From assembly GCA_951406725.2 (NCBI GenBank), contig OX597814.1:151714001-151778000 (forward strand): a DNA stretch of 64,000 bases. Reading direction: 5' to 3'. A program made the translations under genes and the position numbers. This DNA comes from Octopus vulgaris (Eukaryota). Of the stretch, positions 54,644 through 64,000 are shown piece by piece. The notes beneath the pieces were generated by a model. The model was not told the origin of the DNA. It searched no databases and worked only from the letters and a program-made list of their open reading frames with translations. Each line of letters starts with the position of its first letter. The stretch's first letter is position 1.

Positions 54644-54736
54644 GACGTCTTAACTGGACTAGAAGGTGAATGTGTTTGTGTATATTTCACAAACACCAAT
54701 AAGCTGACATACAGAAATGCTGCAGTACCGACAGTA
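54644..54736 (-). CDS. SLC38A7-like: SLC38A7-like copy B, exon (TM5)
   Basis: atag| ... TC|gtaagt, 93 nt. STVGTAAFLYVSLLVFVKYTQTHSPSSPVKTS. Confidence 0.85.
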
Positions 54737-55083
54737 CTATAATGAATTGAAAAAAATCATTTATTTGAAAGAAATTCAGTAAAGTATATTTTAATTGTAA
54801 ATTATGTAATCTGTTTCGATAAGTGTAATTATTTTGAACAGTGAAAAGTGTAAAGTTTCTAGATCTTTTCTTTAAGTGGGCACCAGAGGAAGATGTAATT
54901 GTAGCCTTGCTTGTAAATGAGGATAGAAGAAGGAAATACAATAAAGAAAAGCTGATAAGAATAAGGGGACAAATGTAGAGGCCTACATCCAAACCAACAA
55001 CACATTCGTCTTTCTTCATAATTTTGGTATTCTAACTGCGAATTAAATTCTCCGATCATCATTCCTAATATGTCTTTCTCTGG

Positions 55084-55144
<61 letters not shown>

Positions 55145-55154
55145 ATATATATAT

Positions 55155-55818
55155 ATTAATAGTTATCGCCATACTAATATGGCAGTCTTATAAATATAAG
55201 ACTAAAGCTGTCGCTGATTAGCTCCAAGAGGCCACCGCCTCAAGCTAGCTATTTGACACACGAACCTGCGTCCATTACAAACCTCCGAACAAGGGAGGTC
55301 AGCTGCTTCATCCTGCCAGTCAGACAACTACAGACATGTTTCAGGATTGTTGCCCCTTATGAATGCAGCGTAGTCAGACTTGCAGGTATCGCTACTGATC
55401 GTCCCAGTTCGAAGGCTTTATTCACCTAGTTTCAGTGGAATACATCCACTTGTTTTCAATATTAGAAATATTAAAATTACTAAGTCTCTCTAAAGGAGAT
55501 TACGGCAGCGTTACTGGAAATTAATAGTTATCGATATACTACGCTGCATTGATAAGGGGCAACAACCCTGAAACATGTCTGTAGCTGTCTGACTGACAGG
55601 ATGAAGCGGCTGACCTCCCTTGTTAGAAGGTTTGTAGTGGACGCAGGTTCGTGTGTCAAATAGCTAGCTTGAGGTGGTGGCCTCTTGGAGCTAATCAGCG
55701 ATAGCTTTAGTCTTATATTTATAAAACTGCCATATTAGTATGGCGATAACTATTAATTTCCAGTAACGCTGCCGTAATCTCCTTTAGAGAGACTTAGTAA
55801 TTTTAATATTTCTAATAT
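55155..55818. mobile_element. Fold-back dimer of a ~365-nt hammerhead element in (TA)n
   Basis: ATTAATAGTTATCG at 55155 and 55520 defines the unit. 55155-55373 is inverted at 55539-55757 and 55456-55535 is inverted at 55745-55818. Confidence 0.8.
55543..55585 (+). ncRNA. Hammerhead motif, U3:A8 variant
   Basis: Stem I GCTGCA/TGTAGC, core TTGATAA, stem II GGGG/CCCT, then GAAA-C-AT-GTC. The mirror copy 55327-55369 (-) has TTCATAA. Confidence 0.75.
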
Positions 55819-55849
55819 ATATATGTATGTATATAATCAAATATAATCA

Positions 55850-56460
55850 AAATAAGCAACAAGGTAATGCAGTACGATCATTTCATGCAACTACATTTAA
55901 TTGAACAATGCAATCATTACATACATTTAAAATGTAGAGCAATCTTCTGCTGCACAAAGACATAGAATTTAATTAAATTAGAACAGATGAACACATTAGT
56001 ATAAGTATACCTAAAATCTTCAAGATGTTAAAAAGATAGACAAAGAACATGTATCTACTTCAGCATAGAAGTTACTAAAATTATCAAGAAGTCTCTGCCT
56101 GCAACTGATTTTTGTCTTTATGAGGTCATTTTTAATTTATAGATTAGTTTATCAAATCCCTTGTATATATAAGGCTGAGAAAACAGAGAACAGTATCTGT
56201 TAGGGGTAGGGCTGAGGGAAAAGACAGACATTCTAGTTGTTATAGTCATAAAAAATGTTCTTTGTCCTTAATTTCTTGTAGATTTTAGATATAATTATAC
56301 TAATGTATCCATCTGTTCTAATTTAATTAAATTCCATGTCTTTGTGCAGCAGAAGATTGCTCTACATTTGAAATTGATGTAATGATTGCATTGTTCAATT
56401 AAATGGCGTTGCATGAAACGATCGTACTGCATTGCATCTGGATATCTTTGTTGCTTATTT
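55850..56460. mobile_element. Fold-back element with U4A hammerhead-like motifs in both arms
   Basis: 55850-55990 is the inverse of 56308-56460. 56345-56431 (+) reads TGCAG-CAGAAGA-TTGC...GCAT-GAAA-C-GATC-GTA-CTGCA. Mirror copy at 55868-55954. Confidence 0.6.
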
Positions 56461-56650
56461 TAATTTTAATCACATTACTTTGAAATTGTATGGATAATTG
56501 GATAATACCGTACTAAATTCTGTTACCTTGACTTAAGTACCATATTCATCTGACTATATACATACATACATACATACATACATACATACATACATACATA
56601 CATACATACATACATACATACATACATACATACATACATACATACATACA

Positions 56651-56682
<32 letters not shown>

Positions 56683-57271
56683 ATAAGCATTATTAATCTT
56701 AACAACCACCAAAATTAACTGTATTCTTTTAATATTATCATAGTTCTATCTGAATACGAAAATGTTTTCTATATTTTTGTTTTTCTCTCTAGTTCAGTCA
56801 TCGTTGATACTACTAAATACGAGAGCGTTCGAACTGAGGTTGCGATCCGTGGTTAGTTTATAACGAATGTGCTTTCTGTGACATAAAAAGTGTTTTGTGT
56901 TAGCATTAGATATTTCCGCTCCAGTCCCTTGGTTTTTGTTTTATTTTAAACATATACCTCGATTTCTATTTTCAGAATAGCAGTGCGAAATGTTTGTTAC
57001 AGACATTGCGGGCTTCAATGCAATTTGTTTTATATCGCAGAATTAGGGGTTAAGTTATAGTTATTATTGACTTCTTGCGTTTTATAGCAGATAAATTAAG
57101 TACGGCCACAGATATATGGAGCTCGTTTGTGAACGTGCCAAATGATAAAGTTTAATGAAAAAAATCGTTTAATTTCAAAATTTCAGTGGTTTTTTTTTTT
57201 CTTGTCATAAATCAACAACAATGATCTTTATCTAAGAAATATCTGAAATGAGAATATATTGTACAACTAAC

Positions 57272-57410
57272 CTGATATATTTCAGATAGTTAATAAATTT
57301 TTGAAAACAAAATGGTAGGAGGATTATCGTAATAATTACTGTTACGAACTCTCTTCGTGTATACCATACATGATGATTGCAGTAAAAGTTATGGTCGAGG
57401 AAAATGGTAA
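57272..57410 (-). CDS. SLC38A7-like: SLC38A7-like copy B, exon (TM4)
   Basis: 139 nt, phases 1 and 2. VWYTRREFVTVIITIILLPFCFQKFINYLKYIS aligns with SLC38A7 [34 protein letters not shown]. Confidence 0.9.
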
Positions 57411-57615
57411 CTGAAACAAGACAAAAGGAAAGTCTTTAAAGAAAGGTAAGTTGGTTAAACATGAAATTATCGACCTGAAAGGATGAAAGGCAAAATCGAC
57501 CTCTACGCAATTTGAACTCAGGACGTCAAGGAAGTGAAGAAATGTCGCTATGCATTTTGTCTAACACGCACATGAGTCAGCCAACTCGCCGATGTAAATT
57601 ATAATTTTTACTTAC

Positions 57616-57814
57616 ATTCTTCTATTTGGTCACCAATCAATACCATTAAACTGGTGCAGTAAAAATATAAACTAAGAAAGATAATTACAGATGTCAACGC
57701 ACGACTTTTCTCTCCATAGAAATCAAACAAAATATCTTGATAACTTGATCTTTGGGTTTTATCTGAGGCATATGCTACAATTAACATTGAAATGAACGAA
57801 AGAACACCAAGAAT
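57616..57814 (-). CDS. SLC38A7-like: SLC38A7-like copy B, exon (TM2-TM3)
   Basis: 199 nt. IVAYASD...SYQDIL...YFYCTSLMVLIGDQ aligns with ILAYCSQ...TYQEVV...FGTCIAFLIIIGDQ. Confidence 0.9.
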
Positions 57815-58506
57815 CTGAAATGAAATGATAAAAGGAAAATACGTATTTAAAAACATAGAGATGTGATATTCTTTTATTTCAACATTCATCATCTTTAAAC
57901 TCGTAAGTTCGTACAGTCTCTTTAACCACGTAATCTTCATTATATTCCGTGCAATGTGAGAAATTGATATCACAATAAGATAATATCTAAGTATTTGTTT
58001 GGGTCAAATATCTATAGACATTGCAGTTATTTAGCAGAGAAACATTTTAAAGTTTGCTATATATATTTAGACACAGTAAAAATGATTTTAGAAATAACTG
58101 CCTCAAACTACAACGGAACAGGCTCTATGTGGTTACGCGACCTTATTAGAAAAGTAGCTTAGTCTTCACTTAATCATATTCTACCAAATTAAATAAGGAA
58201 ATAATATTTATGTGTATTAATACAAAAGGATGAAATATAAAATTGAACTTGGCGATCAAATATTTTGATCGTCCGTTCTCAGCTGCATTTCTGCACCACA
58301 AATGCATGAATAAAATACACAAACAGCTCATTGATATGAAATACAGGGTGGGTGTCTCATAATGATGGGGCACATTTTGAACGCAAGTAAATAGAACTGG
58401 AACAAGCTCAGATATTAAGGAAAGTGTATAATAGTAGATCACTTATATGTGCCCCATTATTATGAGACCTTGTATTTGTACACGAAGAAACAGAAAATAT
58501 ACTTAC

Positions 58507-58628
58507 GCAATGAATGCTGATGGCTAACGCTAAATTGTCTACTTGTTGATATGCTTCAGGAAGATTTATTATACCAATACCTACTGTTGCATTGACTAAA
58601 AGAAAACCAACAGTACACTTCGTAGATT
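58507..58628 (-). CDS. SLC38A7-like: SLC38A7-like copy B, first visible exon (TM1)
   Basis: tttcag| ... TGC|gtaagt. FLLVNATVGIGIINLPEAY aligns with FIVVNACLGAGLLNFPAAF. It starts in phase 1, so an upstream exon is required. Confidence 0.9.
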
Positions 58629-59002
58629 CTGAAATAAATACACAATAAAGTAAATACTGAGAAAAAGGCAATTACTTTTATTCATCATATCATGTGGAAA
58701 TGCATAAAGCAATTCTGAAATCAGTGTTTATATATATATATAGCAGACATATTTCGCTTTTCGAATTGAAATTTCTCCTACAACGAGTAAATGTGGTTTA
58801 TATTCCATAGGATAGAAGAATAGTTGTGGTTATGGAGTTAATTCGAACTACATTCGATCACCACTGAGTCATACATTGCGCGACTGTGGTCTACTATAGA
58901 TTACATCCAACAAATGACGTGTGTAAAATTAGGTAGGCGGAAACTGTATGTATGTATGTATGTATGTATGTATGTATGTATGTATGTATGTATGTATGTA
59001 TG

Positions 59003-59555
59003 TGTAACGGGAACTCGTTGCTTCTTTACACTTTTTGGGGTGCAACTTGGGTGCAACACAATTTCCTTTCTTTTTGTTTCTAGAAACTACCAGTCAGGAA
59101 CGAAAAGCAAGTTTAGAAATATATAATTCTTTATTCTCTTATACAAAAATGAAACACGATGGTATACTGGTATCCATTCTTACAACAATTCAACCGCAAT
59201 AGATAGGTTAAATCCCAAGCGTCTGGGCCAGGAGAATAGGTTGATCACACGTATGAAAATACATCCTTTCTCTTCGATCGCTGTGCCTCAAGTCTTAGCG
59301 TCCAGAGACAGCGGAGAAAAATTGGTCTGCAACAATCTCGTATGAAAGGCGTTCTGCTACTCCTGTCTCTCTGTACCCCTTTGTTAAGGGAACCTCCCTC
59401 GCCTATCAACTAATGCCACATCAGCATTTCCTTCTTCAGTGCTTCGCGCATGCGCGAGAGGGCACTTCCCTTCTGCCTTTCCAGAAGGCTCCAAACCAGC
59501 ACACGCACACTGAAGAGGACGTTGCGCGCGCGCACTGTTGTATAACGTCACTACA
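59003..59555 (-). repeat. 3' LTR of the Gypsy element
   Basis: Minus strand TGTAG...TTACA termini, preceded by polypurine tract GAGGGGGAG. AATAAA near 59130. Abuts (TATG)n. Confidence 0.75.
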
Positions 59556-59768
59556 AAAGCTCCCCCTCGAGTGCGTAAGCACGAAACAAAATTCCTTGTA
59601 GTGACTTTAAAACTCAAGGTGGATACCAGATAACCAAAATAGCACACAATATGACAAATCAAGGCAGAATTTACAATATAAACAAGAATGCACCGAAAGG
59701 AAAAAGGAGAAAAAAATACTCAAATGAACAAAGTTCAATAAGTATTGTAACTGTCACAATTGAGAATG

Positions 59769-60660
59769 TCAAATATAAATAGTTTTTGAAAGTTTTTTCG
59801 GCCAGTGAACAGTTCTGCCTGACCTCGTAACATAAGGTTTGTTCGAGGCAGGCTGCGACGACGAAGGTGGTGTTGATAAAGGTGCATGTGTAAATGGTGG
59901 TGTTGTCAAAGGTGCATGTGTGAATGGTGGTGTTGTCAAAGGTGCATGTGAAGGTTCAACGATGGTTGTGGCAGTGGGGTCATCAAAAGATGTGGACACC
60001 TCAAAATATGCCCTTTTAAGACGATCTACGGAGACGGTCTCCGAACGACCGTTAATTTCAAATTTGAATACCTTCGGCGTGCGAGAAATCACACGAAAAG
60101 GTCCTTTATAAGGAGAAACAAGAGGTCCTTTGACAGAATCATCACGAATAAAAACATGCGTCCAAGAATCAAGATCTGATGGCACATTAGAAGGAGGATT
60201 TTGGTGTCGAGGGTCCACAGGAGGAAGGGCAGAAAAATATCTGCGTAGTTGAGCAACATAAGACTCTAAATTAAGAGACTGTGACTTGTCTGGCACCAAC
60301 ATCGTACCAGGCAATGCCAGTGTGGTACCATACAAGAGCTCAGTAGACGAAAAACCAAGGTCTGCTTTAATCGCAGTCCGACATCCAAGCAGGACGATAG
60401 GTAGAAATTCAGTCCACGACTGTGGATTCGGCGAGGCACGCTCCACCATCCCATTAGAAGCGGGGTGGTAACTAGTGGTGCGTATATGATGCATCTCCAG
60501 GATTCGTGATAACTCACGAAACAAGGCAGACTCGAATTGTCGACCACGATCTGTGGTTAAACTGGACGGTACACCATACCTAGAAATCCAATTAGACACG
60601 AAAGCTTTCGCAACAGTTTCAGCAGAAATGTCTGCTATAGGAATAGCTTCCGGCCAGCGT
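59769..60660 (-). pseudogene. Gypsy integrase core and C-terminus, frameshifted from pol
   Basis: [28 protein letters not shown] motif SPYKGPFRV, and a 30-nt tandem repeat (HAPLT/STPP x3). Confidence 0.9.
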
Positions 60661-62940
60661 GAAAAGCGAACAAGTTAAAATGTATGAGAACCCGCGACTC
60701 ACAGGCCATGGTCCAACCAAATCAAGGTGGACATGGCGAAAACGGGCTTCAGGAGAAAAAAACTGTCCAAGTGGAGCACGAACGTGTCTATGGACTTTAG
60801 CACTCTGGCACCTCAAACAAGAGCGTGACCAAGAGGTAATTGATCGTCGCATATTGGGCCAGAAGAACCGAGCAGTAACAAGCTTTACTGTGGCAGAGAT
60901 ACCTGGATGTGACAGTGAATGAAGAGCATCAAACACAGAACGTTGATGTTTCTCAGGTACTAATGGTCTAGGTGAACCGGTAGAGACGTCACAAAGAATA
61001 GAGCCTTCTGCTGAAGGGAGCGGTCGGTAGGCAAACTTACAGTTAATAAACTTAGGCGAAGTTAAATCCAACTCCTCTAAAGGTGGTTGATCCTGCGAAA
61101 TAGCAGTTAAGTCAATTGCTGCAGGAGAGGAAATGGAATTGACAGGGAGTCTAGAGAGAGCATCAGCAGGGACGTTCTCCTTCCCTGGCACATGCCTAAT
61201 ATCACTTGTAAATTGAGAAATATAGTCCAGGTGACGGAAAGCACGAGGAGAGAGTTTATCCGTTTTAGAAGATAGTGCAAAGGTAAGGGGCTTGTGATCA
61301 GTATAAATCACAAACTTTCGTCCCTCGAGCTGGTGCTGAAAATGCTGAACTGACAGATAGATCGCTAGTAACTCTCGATCAAAAGTACTACATCTGCGTT
61401 CAGCTGGCTTTAGCTGGCAAGAGAAAAAAGCCAAAGGTTTAACTTCACCCTCTACGGTGTGCTGCAAAACAGCGCCAACTGCAGAATCTGATGCGTCCAC
61501 AGATAAAGTAAGTCGAGCATCAGGAGCCGGATGTGCTAAAACAGGGACTGAAGCTAGTTCCTTTTTAACTAACTCAAAGGCAGACAGTGCTTCAGCTGAA
61601 AGAGTAAGACGGGCGTCCTTTTTAGAATTGCCCTTTAGCATCTGCGTTAAAGGAAACAACTTGTCCGCACACCGATCTATGAAACGTCGATAGAAATTAA
61701 CTATACCCAAAAAATGGCGAAGTTGACGCAAAGAAGAAGGTGGTGCGATGCGCTGAATAGCATCGACTTTAGACGAGAGTGGTTTGATTCCTCTCGAATC
61801 AATATAATGACCGAGAAAATTAAGAGATGGTTGCCCAAAAACACACTTGTCTGGATTAATGCAAACACCATAGTCGCGAAGACGCTGAAAAAGCTGAGAC
61901 AAGTGCAGGAGATGATTCTCATGCGTATTACTTGCGATGAGAATATCATTGACATACGCGAAAACAAAATCAAGTCCACGAACAACTTCATCTATAAAAC
62001 GTTGGAACGTACTAGTAGCGTTCCTCAAACCAAAACTCATAAATAAAAATTCGAAACAGCCAAAAGGAGTGGTAATTGCCGTTTTAGGAACATCGTTTGG
62101 GTTGACCGGTATTTGATGGTAGGCACGTATCAGGTCAACCTTAGAAAAAATGGTACAGCCATGAAGCTTTGCTGAAAAGTCGTTGAGATTCCTAATTGAA
62201 TATCTGTCCGGAATCGTCACAGAATTTAGACGCCGATAATCTCCCACCGGGCGAAAATCTGTATCCCCTTTTCGAACTAAATGAAGGGGTGATGCCCATG
62301 GACTGGTGGATGGGTGTATCAGACCGAGCTGAAGCATATGCTCAAACTCAGCCCTAGCAGTTTTAATTCGGTCAGGTGCAAGACGCCGTGGTCGCGAAAA
62401 AACAGGCGGTCCAGTTGTTGTAATAAAATGGAGTGTCGAGTGTAATGGCTTTGCCACTTTAAAGGTAACATCAAGTAGCTCTGGAAAAGAGGCCAAAAGA
62501 GAGTGAAAAACGTCTCCAGATGTAGAAACAAAAAATGTCGGACTAAGAGCTGAATCGGTAGATTCTCTGGTCGGCGTGGAGAGTGTAGTCGAAGTATCGA
62601 CTAGCCTCCGACGTCTGACATCTACCAATAAATCAAAATTACTTAGAAAATCCGCACCTAAAATAGGATGCTGAATGTCAGCAATGATAAAAACCCATTG
62701 AAAATCTCGACGAAGATTAATGTCAAGGCGTAAAGAGATCTGACCGAATGTGGCTATTGGTGACGAATCAATAGCGTGCAATGTAACGTTAGATCGTTTT
62801 GGCCTGTCGGTTGTGAGACGCAAAGGCCAAATGCTGCAACAAGAACCAGTGTCCACCATGAAGTTTTTCTTCGACACTTGATCCTTGACGAAAAATGCCC
62901 GATAACTAGAAAATGATGTGGAGGAAGTTGACGTACTCAA
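60619..62940 (-). CDS. pol: Gypsy pol (protease, RT, RNase H, integrase zinc finger)
   Basis: VDTGS, DYRRLN, YVND (instead of YVDD), VDASD, YTDHKPL, and HSLSHPG...CLRC. Confidence 0.9.
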   Translation of the reverse strand: MSTSTSSTSFSSYRAFFVKDQVSKKNFMVDTGSCCSIWPLRLTTDRPKRSNVTLHAIDSSPIATFGQISLRLDINLRRDFQWVFIIADIQHPILGADFLSNFDLLVDVRRRRLVDTSTTLSTPTRESTDSALSPTFFVSTSGDVFHSLLASFPELLDVTFKVAKPLHSTLHFITTTGPPVFSRPRRLAPDRIKTARAEFEHMLQLGLIHPSTSPWASPLHLVRKGDTDFRPVGDYRRLNSVTIPDRYSIRNLNDFSAKLHGCTIFSKVDLIRAYHQIPVNPNDVPKTAITTPFGCFEFLFMSFGLRNATSTFQRFIDEVVRGLDFVFAYVNDILIASNTHENHLLHLSQLFQRLRDYGVCINPDKCVFGQPSLNFLGHYIDSRGIKPLSSKVDAIQRIAPPSSLRQLRHFLGIVNFYRRFIDRCADKLFPLTQMLKGNSKKDARLTLSAEALSAFELVKKELASVPVLAHPAPDARLTLSVDASDSAVGAVLQHTVEGEVKPLAFFSCQLKPAERRCSTFDRELLAIYLSVQHFQHQLEGRKFVIYTDHKPLTFALSSKTDKLSPRAFRHLDYISQFTSDIRHVPGKENVPADALSRLPVNSISSPAAIDLTAISQDQPPLEELDLTSPKFINCKFAYRPLPSAEGSILCDVSTGSPRPLVPEKHQRSVFDALHSLSHPGISATVKLVTARFFWPNMRRSITSWSRSCLRCQSAKVHRHVRAPLGQFFSPEARFRHVHLDLVGPWPVSRGFSYILTCSLFTLAGSYSYSRHFC

Positions 62941-62951
62941 ATTCTCCGAAG

Positions 62952-63680
62952 CTAGTTTAAAGGTTTATAGGTGCATGGCTGTATGCACTTATGCGCTTTC
63001 TCTCCATTATTGGAGTGATACCAACACAGTCCGGACTTTGACTGTGTGGAACATGACGATGAACGGCTGCGACTCCGCGATCTTGAAAATCGCTTGCCAT
63101 CGCGACACATCGCGTCCATCCTTTTGGTGAGACTTTCTATTTGTTTAGAAAGTCCCTCAATCGAGGCTGAGGAAGCTTGTGAACAGACACAAACAGACCG
63201 TGACGATGGCTGAACGGCAAATTCAACCATTTTATCAGCCATTGTTGCTATCTGGTCCACGGTATTTGACTCTAAAGCGGTTGCCAAAACAGTTTGTATA
63301 TAGGCGGGCAACCTTGAAAAAAAAATTTTCCGAAGGAGAGGAGCGTCTGCAGCTTTACCGCTCAACTCTCTTAGTCTTCGCAAAAATTCAGAAGGAGTCC
63401 TATCTCCCAACTCCTCATCCGCCATTAATTCATTGAAGCGACTTTCCTCGCTTCTAGTGTTTCTCTTTTCCACTTCTAATTTAACAGACGCATAAGTGGC
63501 GTCTGGGCCAGGATCTGTGATAAGATCTCTGGCTGTAGATGCAAGTTGAGGAGGCATACAACCATACAGGATTTGCAACTGCTGCTGGGGAGAAACATTA
63601 TGTGCACAAAATTGTGCCTCTAGCTGTGCAAACCACAGTGTGGCATCACCTGTGAAAGTAGGTAATGAATTTAGAGACAT
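62952..63680 (-). CDS. gag: Gypsy gag
   Basis: WFAQLEAQF, LGDRTPSEFLRRLR and C-terminal CWYH..GEKAHKCIQPC. Confidence 0.9.
   Translation of the reverse strand: MSLNSLPTFTGDATLWFAQLEAQFCAHNVSPQQQLQILYGCMPPQLASTARDLITDPGPDATYASVKLEVEKRNTRSEESRFNELMADEELGDRTPSEFLRRLRELSGKAADAPLLRKIFFSRLPAYIQTVLATALESNTVDQIATMADKMVEFAVQPSSRSVCVCSQASSASIEGLSKQIESLTKRMDAMCRDGKRFSRSRSRSRSSSCSTQSKSGLCWYHSNNGEKAHKCIQPCTYKPLN
62955..62961 (-). other. -1 ribosomal frameshift heptamer T TTA AAC
   Basis: Lies immediately before the gag TAG, and the -1 frame is the pol frame. Confidence 0.75.
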
Positions 63681-64000
63681 TTTGTAGTTTTTTTACTTTT
63701 AGATGACTCTGTCAAATGGGAAGGTAAACTGACAACGAATCAACGTTGAACAGACGCAACAAGGAAAAGGGGAAAAAAAGACCAGCAATTGAACCAATAA
63801 AAATTTTTATATGTGCAATTTACAAAAAAGAATGTGTTTTTTTTTTGTTTTGTACTGTGTGCACAGAGAATAAAAAATTCTTTTTTTTATATTTTTACCA
63901 ACCTTCGCCGCGTCTAAAACAATTTTTTTAAAAAAATGTATTTTAAACTGTCTCTTCTTAAGTTTGACTGCCTGTTATGCTTGGTCACGGATCGCACTAA

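Larger units (their letters stand above)
59003..64000 (-). mobile_element. Ty3/Gypsy LTR retrotransposon, near full length (5' LTR outside the window)
   Basis: gag followed by PR-RT-RH-IN order, a polypurine tract, a 3' LTR, and a PBS-like TAGTGCGATCCGTGACC at the window end. Confidence 0.95.

Noticed and set aside
59839-63436. Plus-strand ORFs over the Gypsy element
   Set aside because: Antisense shadows of gag and pol.
63984-63997. CACGGATCGCA shared with 30909-30919 and its paralog near 56841
   Set aside because: Only an 11-nt match with no flanking similarity; treated as chance.

Overview
AT-rich, microsatellite-dense animal DNA, most likely octopus/cephalopod (inferred from the tRNA-headed Nin-domain SINEs, Dong/R4 LINEs and simple-repeat load). 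The only host gene family is an SLC38A7/SNAT7-like amino-acid transporter in three copies. Copy A (+) shows its last 3 exons (1012-11512). Copy C (+) is a 5'-half pseudogene (~26.1-33.3 kb). Copy B (-) has 8 in-frame exons (58628-35106, ~442 codons; the ATG exon is not in view). A and B lie in a recent ~12.5 kb inverted duplication. Their exons differ about twice as much as a sampled intron and mostly at non-synonymous sites, and the TM1/TM6 substrate-site motifs are remodelled. The rest is mobile DNA: Penelope-like elements, Dong/R4 LINEs, a Tc1 transposon, MITEs, SINEs and a young Gypsy element. The least annotated signal is a set of about 16 minimal type-I hammerhead-ribozyme motifs from about 9 apparently distinct small elements, mostly in (TA)n tracts. 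These include a 2.7-mer of 534-bp ribozyme units with a 15-bp target-site duplication and a twin-priming inversion, three fold-back dimers, and three independent U3:A8 compensatory core variants. All alignments and counts were done by eye.
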